IMG/VR virus record: IMGVR_UViG_3300017987_005501
Direction: 5' to 3' (one strand)
DNA from: a virus
Taxonomy: Duplodnaviria; Caudoviricetes
DNA: 64,000 nt
A model generated the notes under the pieces. The model made no database searches. It saw only the letters and a list, made by a program, of their open reading frames with translations, and was not told where the DNA came from. Within the stretch, counting starts at the first letter, position 1, and each line of letters begins with the position of its first letter. A program made the position numbers and the translations under genes. This document shows positions 56,101-64,000 of this stretch, piece after piece.

Positions 56101-56546
56101 TGGTTCCCTACCTGAAGGTTAATTGTTGTATCTGTTACTGTTAATCCATAAGTTCCCAATAATAGGTGTGCCCCAGTCTCTGATAAAAGAAGTTGTCCTT
56201 CATTTTTATAAAGGGCTCGGGCATAGGAATCTGTGACTGAGAATTCAAAGCCACTAACAGAGATAATATATCCGTTTGAATCAAAAACTTGGTAGGAATC
56301 TCCAAAATCTAATCTCAGCTCTGTATTAGAAATAATTACCTTTTCTGTATCAGAGTAGGATAAGATAGCTCCATTTGCAGAGAGCTGCAGAGTTGTATCA
56401 CCCCTAAAAAAATTAATTACACTAGAAGTATTAGCATAATCTATTTCTAGGGATGCCCCAAGGCTAGTTAACGTAAAAATACTGTTTGCAGGGTCATCAT
56501 CAATTATTTGTGCCCCATAAGGTGCTGAGATGAATTCTCCGGCCAT
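53142..56546 (-). CDS. Large tail fibre/baseplate-like virion protein
   Basis: 1134 aa, S/G/T-rich, low Lys; internal duplicated unit containing IPGKLTVDGLxDPTG. Confidence 0.65.
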   Translation of the reverse strand: MAGEFISAPYGAQIIDDDPANSIFTLTSLGASLEIDYANTSSVINFFRGDTTLQLSANGAILSYSDTEKVIISNTELRLDFGDSYQVFDSNGYIISVSGFEFSVTDSYARALYKNEGQLLLSETGAHLLLGTYGLTVTDTTINLQVGNQKLDILPEYVLLQKELDNNYLVLNDVGLNYKRNGSILTFSQDEFTGTFNGDLGFKFSQATDSLLRYSLERGYSFSSNQTSFYHKRFNLNGLFLDDDYTILANSASRYILLAQDQGFFGVSPTNFLSLSSTSSVLTCNLGEKELILSDYVVLKRDSSNYLLFGSDGSATLKNTKGLLLASEYINTTTETTIDGYRLNQLGLRFEYSSGASELLTFPQISNATGNPTGNKSEIRLIAGNSIDFTIGSDPDDPWIKFDVGLGASWWDRDASGSLFPTLPGDIVDARYGLTVNNYITLTTGNGDILISSGGIEFPSGSSLQISDFLSDSIFRFAPEGKSIASASLYISGGGIYIPGKLTVDGLVDPTGFQFDPQTLNPGNTYTLWANQITGELYYGNIPLNPASGALGPDFLSNGKFRFAASGALITNPTLVISGGGVYIPGKLTVDGLIDPTGLELTLQGGNPGNGNTLWLSSGISGAVLYVGANRIVASGSDFKIGLPTDGHYGTASGSIAGLQQGDRVEDALDKLDLILGKLAPAKPPNLADILMEIVGSYSALLTADDSLVNAVIDDQTPTVVTGTDFIPPGDGFWDASDGTLSAFIDSIASGTITLTTGDDTGVSSDSLLVLADYDYYSGVAGKENFWFALGAQIEPTHNLIFGNHVAKMTHSVTGSTQLTFGVDDPQAPTIAGASITPAGGTGTTYYSGVPTMDTGEAITADFTVNNAIYTYYNATRIARAQSDQTTDTNEAPTGGYIYGGSHIASISVTVEASKYTEDVSISCYGYNSKGNSGSSDVTNNVRIDTNSNESARVLSGAGQYPGGGYGGAYVSTTSLVGAYTEELQMLNGQYQFPPAVNYSSNVPTAGPNYSAIGGGTFNNFRWVTFTFTASANTAIRIDFNNTSNFPTIQDGLTNFALYVDGPATTGWVDGDSAYPGVGNPTNNGDPALDLGASTTTSRRITFGAATQTGTVYVRVGIKQGSTIRFGSVTITSA
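54754..55080 (-). repeat. Internal in-frame duplication (period 258 bp / 86 aa) in the fibre gene
   Basis: CCAGTTGG...CAACAGTAAGTTTCCCTGGGAT at 54754 and at 55012. Confidence 0.8.
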
Positions 56547-56601
56547 CTGATTATTTCCTTATAAGTTGACTTTATATCGTTTCTTAATTTAAAACAAAAT
56601 A

Positions 56602-56643
56602 ATTAACATTTTATTACTGTTTAGACAGAAATAATCTGTTAAT
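56602..56643. promoter_or_regulatory. Back-to-back copies of the recurrent motif in the divergent intergenic region
   Basis: AATAAAATGTTAAT on the minus strand (56602-56615) and AATAATCTGTTAAT on the plus strand (56630-56643), each about 50 bp from a start codon. Confidence 0.5.
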
Positions 56644-56691
56644 TCTATCCTATTAGAAAGAGTGTATAAATAACAAAAAGGTATTATTCTT

Positions 56692-58263
56692 ATGGAAGGT
56701 CTATTTTCACAACCAAATTTTTATCTCAATATTATTCAAGAAATTCTTAATAGCTTAAAAGAGGAAAAACCTACTGTTGATTTGCTAAAGCAATTTAAGA
56801 TTTCAGAACTACACAGAGCTGCTATAATGTTCCGAGATTTAGACCCAAAGTATCAGCCTATTAAAAATAAGGTATCTAAAGCAGTTAAACGGCTCCTTAC
56901 CAATTCAAAAGGATATAAAGCTAATAGGGAAGGGTTTAAAAAGGCATTAGTTACTCTTTATAACCTTGATAAAAAATTAAATGCGGATGTTATTAATGAT
57001 ACTGCTACCCTAATTAGCACAGCAAAACCCAAAAAGGACGAGGGAGAAGCAAATTATTGGGAGGATACAGAAAGAATAAATACTTCTCTCAAAGTATCTG
57101 TCTATAATTGGAGGGATGTTCTTAAGTTTGCGGCAAAAAAGAAAAAGAAAAATCTTGGCGAATTAGAGACCAAACTTAAAAAAGATAAAAATTTAGGTGG
57201 GGCTCTTGATCTATCCGGAGAGGCGGCGGAAGCAATAAAGCCGAAGGTAGAACCAGAAGCTGAAGAGGTAGAAAAACCAAAAAAGCTGGATATCGAAATT
57301 AAAGAAGAAGAAAAACCAGAAGATCCTTTGGAGACGACGGAACAAAAAGAGGAAGAAACAGAATCCGATAATAAATACGAAGAGTTTAAGGATCACTTAG
57401 ATAAATTAAACCCAAATAGGGCAGCAATAAAGAAAATCTTAAAAGAAAAAGACTGGGAAGACCTATTAGATATCGCTTTGGACGAAGAGGCACCCCCAGA
57501 GATCAAGGGTGAAGTTATTCCTGCTCTCTTTGAACGCCCCGAGAGCGATATTCTTCAATTCTCTAAATCTGAAAAACTAGATTCAGGTATATTAAGAGCT
57601 CTCTATAACCAAGCTTCTAATTATGAACGAAATTGGAGGGTTCGAAAAGCAGTGGCTGAACATAAAAATGCACCCAAAGAAGTTATTTTAAAAGCTGCCC
57701 AAGATAACGATTACAGAGTTAGGCTTGGAGCTGCGGGAAACCCAGAGCTTGATAATCCAGAAATTATTAAAAAATTAATAAAAGACACAAATTCGGAGGT
57801 AAGAGAAGAGTTAATTCGTAACCCGCATACCCCGGAAAAGTTTATTTCTAAATTATATGATCGGATTCGCGGCCAAAAAGGTATTCAGTCCTACGAAGAC
57901 AAAGTAATTTTATTATCTCAACATAAGAATTTATCAGGGGAGCAGCTCCTCGAGCTTTTAATTGATGCTGCGGAAGATCTAAAATTAGATAAAAAATTAA
58001 GATGGAAAGACCCTAAACTCCGCTCTGTAAGAAAAGACTCCATTTCTCTCCAAATTGTAATTAATATTGCTAATAATTCTGGATTAGACCCAAGGGTTTA
58101 CGCAATACTCGGAACTAGTATACGGCCAGAAATTAAAATGGCTGTTGCTAATAATGCAGCAGCACCAAAACACCTATTAGAAACATTAACAAAAGATTCT
58201 GACCTTGGGGTTTCTGCTGCCGCAAAGCAAACTCTTGAAAAAATTACAGAAAATAAGGGCTAG
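56692..58263 (+). CDS. Hypothetical protein with HEAT/LRV-like repeats
   Basis: VRKAVAEHKNAP, VRLGAAGNP, VREELIRNPHTP, IKMAVANN..AP. Confidence 0.72.
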   Translation: MEGLFSQPNFYLNIIQEILNSLKEEKPTVDLLKQFKISELHRAAIMFRDLDPKYQPIKNKVSKAVKRLLTNSKGYKANREGFKKALVTLYNLDKKLNADVINDTATLISTAKPKKDEGEANYWEDTERINTSLKVSVYNWRDVLKFAAKKKKKNLGELETKLKKDKNLGGALDLSGEAAEAIKPKVEPEAEEVEKPKKLDIEIKEEEKPEDPLETTEQKEEETESDNKYEEFKDHLDKLNPNRAAIKKILKEKDWEDLLDIALDEEAPPEIKGEVIPALFERPESDILQFSKSEKLDSGILRALYNQASNYERNWRVRKAVAEHKNAPKEVILKAAQDNDYRVRLGAAGNPELDNPEIIKKLIKDTNSEVREELIRNPHTPEKFISKLYDRIRGQKGIQSYEDKVILLSQHKNLSGEQLLELLIDAAEDLKLDKKLRWKDPKLRSVRKDSISLQIVINIANNSGLDPRVYAILGTSIRPEIKMAVANNAAAPKHLLETLTKDSDLGVSAAAKQTLEKITENKG

Positions 58264-58288
58264 AAGTAAAACTCTTTTCGAATTTGCT

Positions 58289-58302
58289 AATAATCCATTA
58301 AT
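58289..58302 (+). promoter_or_regulatory. Recurrent upstream motif AATAATCCATTAAT
   Basis: Upstream of 58411. Confidence 0.45.
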
Positions 58303-58410
58303 AAAATTCCCCTATTTGAAGAATTTATGCGTCGAATTTTTCATCGGGGGCAGCTCTAAAGTGTTTCAACTACACTCCTTGAACTTCTATATTAGGAGGA
58401 TTAAGTTGCA

Positions 58411-58908
58411 ATGAAAAATAAAGTAGCAAGCCTAATTAATCAAATCCGGAAGTGTGCTGCGGATTTAGAATATTTAGCAGAAGAAGAGGAACTAGGATTC
58501 ACTGCTGGGATTAAGGAACAAGAAGAAAAAATTGCTAAGCGAATCGAAAGAATTGCTGGCGAATTTGAAGACATGGACCTTGATATCAGTAGCCTAGGTG
58601 AAAATGCTTCTTCAGAAGAGGAAGAAGTTGTCAAAGAGGAAGAAGAAGTCGTTGAAGACGAAGTCGTTGAAGACGAAGACGAGGTCCTCTCTGATGATGG
58701 AACCGAAGATGAAGAAAAAACCGTAAAGGAAGCAAGCCAGAACTATGTTAAAGTTGCTTGTGTCTGCACACGTTGCAATAGTAAAGAAGTTGTTGCAATG
58801 ACCAACGATGAGCTCGGAGAGCTTAAGAGCGACATCGAAACAAATTCTGGGGAAATTTTCGGGCCAGAATGCGAAGCTTGCGATGGAGAGTTAATCCCAG
58901 AAGAGTAA
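58411..58908 (+). CDS. Acidic protein with C-terminal zinc ribbon
   Basis: AGGAGG RBS; CVCTRC...CEAC. Confidence 0.7.
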   Translation: MKNKVASLINQIRKCAADLEYLAEEEELGFTAGIKEQEEKIAKRIERIAGEFEDMDLDISSLGENASSEEEEVVKEEEEVVEDEVVEDEDEVLSDDGTEDEEKTVKEASQNYVKVACVCTRCNSKEVVAMTNDELGELKSDIETNSGEIFGPECEACDGELIPEE

Positions 58909-58940
58909 AAACCCCGAAATTAACATATACATATAAATAG

Positions 58941-58969
58941 GACTGGCTATAATGCCAGTCTTATTTTTT
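58941..58969 (+). terminator. Intrinsic terminator
   Basis: GACTGGC-tataat-GCCAGTC followed by TTATTTTTT. Confidence 0.75.
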
Positions 58970-58990
58970 GTATAATTGAAAAAAGGAAAA

Positions 58991-59584
58991 ATGTTTAAAA
59001 AAGGCCAACTAGTTTATTATAAGTCTAAAGGCTGTGTCGCTATTTATGATGCAGAGATAGATACAGCATCCCTTCTAGGAACAAAATGCTATGGGATCCA
59101 AGCCTACCAAGAGAAAGATAATCTCTTTTTACCAACCTTTGTTCAGCATTTTGAAATAGAAGAAATCCCTACGGTTCAACTTAAGGCTCTTTTAACCCAC
59201 AATAACCAAACTCTTCGGAAAACTGCAAAAGATAATCTCTCGGGTCGCGAGTTTACAACAATAGAGGTTTCAGATGAAATTGATATTGGGCTCGTTTTAG
59301 AGCTTTTTACTGAATCCTATATCCAAAAAGCTAAAAATAGACGGAATCTAGAGGAAACAAAAGATAAATTAGCAACCCTCTTTGCTAATATGATGAAACA
59401 GGACTTACAGCCTACCCAAATTTTAGCAGGGTGTAATGCTTGGAGTTGCTTAAAACAAATAGCTAGGGAATCTGATCCTCTTGGAAAAAGTAGCAGTACC
59501 CAACATTTCGTTTGGGGCGTTGAATTTAAGTTTGAAAAATCATTAGGTCCTTGGGAAATCGAAGCAAAAAGCGAACTACTCTAA
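58991..59584 (+). CDS. Hypothetical protein with CarD-like N-terminal domain
   Basis: MFKKGQLVYYKSKGCVAI...YGI...LFLPT resembles the CarD RNAP-interaction domain; the remainder is divergent. Confidence 0.5.
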   Translation: MFKKGQLVYYKSKGCVAIYDAEIDTASLLGTKCYGIQAYQEKDNLFLPTFVQHFEIEEIPTVQLKALLTHNNQTLRKTAKDNLSGREFTTIEVSDEIDIGLVLELFTESYIQKAKNRRNLEETKDKLATLFANMMKQDLQPTQILAGCNAWSCLKQIARESDPLGKSSSTQHFVWGVEFKFEKSLGPWEIEAKSELL

Positions 59585-60724
59585 TAACCAAGGCAACTCT
59601 ATCTCTTTTAAAACTAAGGTTGGGGAAAGAAAAGCTAAATGCCCCCCAGGAGCGCCCGAGGTTTGGATTTTCAGTTGCTTTTCAATTGGAAGCTCAATCA
59701 TATCCCCTGGTTTATAAAGATTCCCATTAATCCAAATTTCAATATCATTCTTTATTCCCGTATCTAAAATAACAGGCTGCGTCTTAAAAGACTTAAAAAA
59801 AGGTGGTAGGTCGTATAAAACACTGCTTCCCGCGTGCATATACATAGCATCGGTTACGAATTCATCCTGGTATTTAGAGGGATAATAATTAAACCTGTCT
59901 TTATAACAATAAGTTTCGTGCTCTAATACCCCCCAAGAAATAAATTTATCAACAGGAGTGAATTGAGATAAGTTTATATCGCCAAGGCTCTCTTTTGATT
60001 TTTCTAAAAAGAATTTTAAAGCGGGTAGCCTAGTTCGCATCCCCATTAAGTGGCAAGCACTATGCCCTAAAATCCAATCTATTATTTTAGGAACATTCTC
60101 TCCTCCAGTAATTAAGCACTTAATCCCTTTAATATATTCAATTTTTCCATAAAAAGCAGCAAAGAAGACGCCTTGATCATGCAAAATATTAAAAGGGTTT
60201 TCAATGTGTATTTGAAGTTTTTCTAGCAAGGCAGGTAAGTCTTTTTTAGTGAAAGACGCAATTCCAGTATTAGAGTTCGGAGTGACTGAGTCTTCGTAAA
60301 CTCCAAATAATTCCTTATACTTATCCCCGTTGGGGCCTAGACTGCTTCCCCAGTCCCGTAGACAGGTTACATCAGACATACAAATTTTTCTGAGGTCTGC
60401 TTCCCAATTGTTATAAAAAAAGATATCTGAATCAAAAACAATTACTCTTTCAGCCCCATATTTTTCAAACCCCAATTTAAACCCATCTAATTTAGATAAA
60501 ACGATATTCCGGTCTATTGGTAGATCGTAGGGGGATATATTTTCAATAAAGATATTTGGTAATTCTTTAAGAGAGGCAATATCTTCTTCTGTCAACGACC
60601 CATCATTTAGAATGAGATGCGGTAAATCAAACCCCTTCTCCAAATGATAGCGCATTGCAAACCAATTAAACTTAAAAATTTCACAATCGCGATGGCACAG
60701 TAATGTTGCAAATAAAGGTTTCAT
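59576..60724 (-). CDS. GT-A fold glycosyltransferase (GT8-like) with possible C-terminal carbohydrate-binding domain
   Basis: ILNDGSL, VFDSDIFF (DxD), NTG, HDQG. Confidence 0.72.
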   Translation of the reverse strand: MKPLFATLLCHRDCEIFKFNWFAMRYHLEKGFDLPHLILNDGSLTEEDIASLKELPNIFIENISPYDLPIDRNIVLSKLDGFKLGFEKYGAERVIVFDSDIFFYNNWEADLRKICMSDVTCLRDWGSSLGPNGDKYKELFGVYEDSVTPNSNTGIASFTKKDLPALLEKLQIHIENPFNILHDQGVFFAAFYGKIEYIKGIKCLITGGENVPKIIDWILGHSACHLMGMRTRLPALKFFLEKSKESLGDINLSQFTPVDKFISWGVLEHETYCYKDRFNYYPSKYQDEFVTDAMYMHAGSSVLYDLPPFFKSFKTQPVILDTGIKNDIEIWINGNLYKPGDMIELPIEKQLKIQTSGAPGGHLAFLSPTLVLKEIELPWLLE

Positions 60725-60767
60725 TTATAGACTCCTGCTTGGTGAATATAAGATACAAAAGATTAAG

Positions 60768-60781
60768 AATAATCTATTAAT
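60768..60781 (+). promoter_or_regulatory. Recurrent upstream motif AATAATCTATTAAT
   Basis: About 55 bp upstream of 60836. Confidence 0.45.
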
Positions 60782-60835
60782 AATCAGTGCTTATTGAAGT
60801 TAAAATCAAACTCTTATAAATAAAAGGTATCCCAA

Positions 60836-61192
60836 ATGACTAAGAAAAAACTTTCAACTATGCTCTTTCGAATCGCATCTGCTATTGAAGCTGATTTCGG
60901 GGTAATAGTTCCACCAATGGCACAACCTGTTAATGAAATTGATTTTATCCGGGACCAAACAGGACCGCATGGGCAGGGGATGGGCCCAGGAAAAGGTCAA
61001 GGTTGTGGTTGTACACAAATGGAAGAAGCAGTGGAAGATGTTGGGACTTTAAGGATTAGGGAACAAGTAACTAATACCTTAAATAAATACGGAATTGATT
61101 GGAGCCAAGATATGGTTAACGAATTAGTTAATTTAATGAAACAGCCCGAAATAGAAGAACCTGTTATTCCAGCAAATCCCCTTGAACTATAG
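60836..61192 (+). CDS. Hypothetical head-region protein
   Basis: FRIAS motif; GPHGQGMGPGKGQGCGC segment. Confidence 0.6.
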   Translation: MTKKKLSTMLFRIASAIEADFGVIVPPMAQPVNEIDFIRDQTGPHGQGMGPGKGQGCGCTQMEEAVEDVGTLRIREQVTNTLNKYGIDWSQDMVNELVNLMKQPEIEEPVIPANPLEL

Positions 61193-61312
61193 AAAAAACT
61201 TTTACCTCTAAACCCTTTCTAGTTTATCCCTGGTCTATTCAATTCTCTGCCTTTTCTAAAGCATCCAAAATTTGTTTGTTACTAAATTGATCGTATTTTG
61301 ACATTTCTTTTT

Positions 61313-61326
61313 AATAATTCATTAAT
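61313..61326 (+). promoter_or_regulatory. Recurrent upstream motif AATAATTCATTAAT
   Basis: About 60 bp upstream of ATG 61387. Confidence 0.45.
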
Positions 61327-61386
61327 ACTTTGTTTGTTTTAAATGAGATTCCGTCTCTAAATAATACTCGAGAAAAGGAAAGAAGT

Positions 61387-62376
61387 ATGAGTTTTATAAA
61401 AACTGCAGCAGCAAAAATCGTTAAAGGTCATGAGAGTATCTCAGTTGAGGATTGGCTAAAAATAGCGGGTAAAGGATCCTTTAATAGTAGAGTTGCTTCT
61501 AGAGTTATTAAAAATTACGATCCAGATAAATATCTATTAACCCATTGCACGATCATCGCCTCGGTGAACATAGATGATCGTGTCCCCCATTATATTACCC
61601 CAGAGACTGAACAGTTTGTTAATAACAATTATGATAGCTGGGAATCAGGACTTTTATCGAAGCCAGATGTCTATAAGTCTTTTGAAGGCGCGTACAACTA
61701 TTTGGAGCATGTACAAGTCCCCAGCCTCGCAAAAGGAAAAGTTATCGGAGCAGCCCTAAGAGAGGTGCCTCTCGATAATACAAAGGATCCGGTTTATTTT
61801 GTCGATATCTTAGTTGCTACCGATAAGAAGCATTCTGGCTTAATCAGCAAAATTAGCTCGGGCCAACTTAATACCTTATCAATGGGTTGCCAAGTTGCCT
61901 ATACATATTGCTCTAAATGTGGGCATAAAGCTTTCGATGAAACCGATTTATGTAATCATATTAAGTACCAAAAAGGAAATCATTTTATTGATGAATTTGG
62001 TAAGAGGAGAATTATTGCAGAGCTTTGTGGGCATAAAAAAGACCCTTCTTCCGTAAGATTTATCGAGGCTTCTTGGGTAGCTATCCCTGCTTTTTCTGGA
62101 GCTGTTTTAAGAAATATTTTAACATTCCAAAATAATGAAGTTGGAAAAGTAGCAAAACAAAAATATGCAAGGTTAATTGAAGATGCATATAGCATAGACC
62201 CAACAGAAGGATTAGAAAATCTTATGAAAGCTGCTTCTACCGTTAAGGTGGCTTCGACTTCAAATCCTGCAGATCTCGTTCGAAAACTAGAAAATGTTTT
62301 CAACAGCCTTAATAATAGAACTCTCCCAAATAAGCTAGCAAGCATAGCATCTGAGATTACGAAATTCAAAGGATAA
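61387..62376 (+). CDS. Prohead (capsid maturation) protease with zinc-finger insert
   Basis: YLEH...KG, VDILVATD, LSMGCQVAYTYCSKCG...CNH, FIEASWVAIPAF..A: HK97/herpes-type protease pattern. Confidence 0.72.
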   Translation: MSFIKTAAAKIVKGHESISVEDWLKIAGKGSFNSRVASRVIKNYDPDKYLLTHCTIIASVNIDDRVPHYITPETEQFVNNNYDSWESGLLSKPDVYKSFEGAYNYLEHVQVPSLAKGKVIGAALREVPLDNTKDPVYFVDILVATDKKHSGLISKISSGQLNTLSMGCQVAYTYCSKCGHKAFDETDLCNHIKYQKGNHFIDEFGKRRIIAELCGHKKDPSSVRFIEASWVAIPAFSGAVLRNILTFQNNEVGKVAKQKYARLIEDAYSIDPTEGLENLMKAASTVKVASTSNPADLVRKLENVFNSLNNRTLPNKLASIASEITKFKG

Positions 62377-62379
62377 AAT

Positions 62380-64000
62380 ATGAAAAAGATTCAAGCTCGG
62401 AGAATTAAAACTGCTCAACCTCCAGAAGAAGCCGCACCAGACCTTGGTGGAGAAGGAGGAGATCTTGATCTCGGGGGTGGTGAATTAGATCTTGGAGGTC
62501 TCGGGGGTGGTGGTCTTGATTTAGGTGGGGGAGGAGAAGAACCCCCAGCAGAATCAGAAGCTCCCTCCGAAGAAGGCTCCGAAGTTGAAAATATAATGTC
62601 AAAGCTCGAGGAGAAGCTTCTTAAACGAGTAATGAATCGTATCCTCGAAGCTTTAGCTACAGACGAAGCTAAGAATCAATTCTCAGACGCTCTCTTTAGC
62701 GTCGATAGGATTAATGATTCTTTAGTCGTTTCTAGCGAAAACGTGTTAAAGCAACTTAGACCTTATAGATCCGTATTTAAGTATATAAAGAGAGATGGAA
62801 TTAGACCTACTCTTGAAAACCTTAAACCGCAACATCTTAAAAGATTTGCTTCCTTAATTAATAAACTTGATTCTTACTTTGGGGCGAAACACATGGATAT
62901 TAAAACTGCAGCTAAGAACCTAAATAATTTAAGCGCGAAACTCAAGAGAATTGCAGCTTATCAAGATTATGACCCAATTCCAGAGGATGCTTTATCCGAT
63001 AGACAAAAATTAAAACTTGATAACGTCTGGACACTAATCACCCATCGCTTTAGAAGTGGGGAAGGGCCAGATTATGTTGTTCTTAAAGGGCCACCAGCCG
63101 GGAAAGAAACGGTTTGGCTTGAAAACCTAGATAACCTTGGAACAGAACAACAGCTTCACCCAGCATTATTTCATGGAAGAGCAGCACCAGGTGCCCAATT
63201 TAAGAGTGATGTGAAACCAGTTGGTCTCCATGACGTTAAAGACGAATCTGGAAAGACTAAACAAATTGGGATTAATTTCTCAGAACAAGCAGTTAATCGC
63301 CTTAGAGGCAAGATCCATGACATTTACAAACAAGATCCTTTTATTGCCCATTCTTTTAATCAAATTAATACCTTTAATACTTTGATGAATGAGTATATGC
63401 GGATGATTGAAGTACCACGTATTTTTGAAGAATGGAAAAAATTAAGAGAAGTTTTCAAAATTGTGAAAGAAGGAGGAGAAGCATTAAAGGGAGCAGAAAA
63501 GACCCTCGAAAAGATTATGGGTTGGCACCTCCAGCGTAATTCTACTTCAGAAAAAGAAAGAAAACGCTATCAAAAGGGAGATTTTAAAACTAAGAACATG
63601 CTTTATATTAAAAAAGCAGTTGATGAGCTTAAACAAGCGATTCGAAAGTTAGTCACGCCCCCAACAACAGATTTCAAAGCAATTAATCGTCTATATAAAG
63701 AATTCTATCCAAGGATAAACCTACGTCTTTTGGATAAAGAAGAAAAAAACCCAGTCACAGAAATAAATAATCTCCTAGAGGTTATTGGTGCCCTCCAACA
63801 AGCATGGCTCGAATGGTTCTCAGACCTTCGTAGATATGAAATTAAAGAGTTAATCCTTGGCGAAAGGCCACTCACAGAGCTTACAGAACCTTTTGGAGAG
63901 CTCGCTGGAGAAGTTTCTCAATACCTAGAAACAAGTAAAAAACCCTTAGCAGAAGCTAGGGGAGGTGGAGACTGGTTTAAAAGTTATAAATATTATGAGA
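62380..64000 (+). CDS. Partial ORF (over 540 aa, runs off the window), probable head/scaffold-region protein; absent from the supplied ORF track
   Basis: Manual translation from ATG 62380 (MKKIQARRIKTAQPPEEAAPDLGGEGGDLDLGGG...) is open to the last base. Confidence 0.85.
   Translation, partial: MKKIQARRIKTAQPPEEAAPDLGGEGGDLDLGGGELDLGGLGGGGLDLGGGGEEPPAESEAPSEEGSEVENIMSKLEEKLLKRVMNRILEALATDEAKNQFSDALFSVDRINDSLVVSSENVLKQLRPYRSVFKYIKRDGIRPTLENLKPQHLKRFASLINKLDSYFGAKHMDIKTAAKNLNNLSAKLKRIAAYQDYDPIPEDALSDRQKLKLDNVWTLITHRFRSGEGPDYVVLKGPPAGKETVWLENLDNLGTEQQLHPALFHGRAAPGAQFKSDVKPVGLHDVKDESGKTKQIGINFSEQAVNRLRGKIHDIYKQDPFIAHSFNQINTFNTLMNEYMRMIEVPRIFEEWKKLREVFKIVKEGGEALKGAEKTLEKIMGWHLQRNSTSEKERKRYQKGDFKTKNMLYIKKAVDELKQAIRKLVTPPTTDFKAINRLYKEFYPRINLRLLDKEEKNPVTEINNLLEVIGALQQAWLEWFSDLRRYEIKELILGERPLTELTEPFGELAGEVSQYLETSKKPLAEARGGGDWFKSYKYYE

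Noticed and set aside
56617-56628. CTGT-N4-ACAG as a LexA (SOS) box
   Set aside because: Spacing does not match the CTGT-N8-ACAG consensus and it is a single occurrence.
4050-60822. T4-type late promoter TATAAATA (4050, 56665, 58932, 60815)
   Set aside because: Only a few hits in very AT-rich DNA, some upstream of non-structural genes; cannot be separated from chance by eye.
1-64000. Stop-codon reassignment, as seen in some large phages
   Set aside because: Recognisable genes are full length under the standard code and coding density is already high.
1-64000. tRNA, tmRNA or rRNA genes
   Set aside because: No cloverleaf or T-loop signatures found in the few intergenic gaps. A covariance search would be needed to exclude them fully.

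Overview
This is an AT-rich, gene-dense segment of a large (probably jumbo-class) tailed dsDNA bacteriophage, read with the standard genetic code. I saw no tRNA, rRNA, CRISPR array, integrase or transposase. Bases ~1-44.5 kb hold a replication, recombination and nucleotide-metabolism block: RecD2, thymidylate kinase, a gp32-like SSB, a RuvC-like resolvase, intein-containing RecA, a split SbcC plus SbcD, a Cas4/RecB-like nuclease, a beta-clamp-like protein with delta/delta'/gamma-tau clamp-loader subunits, a DnaG core, intein-containing class II RNR, dimeric dUTPase, PRTase, PRPP synthetase, a 5'-3' exonuclease, and NusG-, sigma- and LexA-like regulators. Bases ~44.5-64 kb are mostly virion/head genes, two glycosyltransferases, two opposite-strand spike/fibre genes and a prohead protease. 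The standout features are five: (i) an archaeal-flavoured 7-deazaguanine cluster (CSxxK protein, Gat-QueC, DHH, DUF366, arcTGT-like), with a catalytically dead paralog of its GATase domain next to PRTase and Prs; (ii) a perfect 66-bp inverted repeat enclosing 384 bp between divergent ruvC and recA; (iii) clamp-binding-like C-terminal tails on primase, exonuclease, the sigma-like factor and two modification enzymes; (iv) a recurrent AATAATYYRTTAAT motif upstream of putative late genes; (v) a Rad50/SbcC split at the zinc hook. All family assignments come from recognising motifs by eye. No database or HMM search was run.
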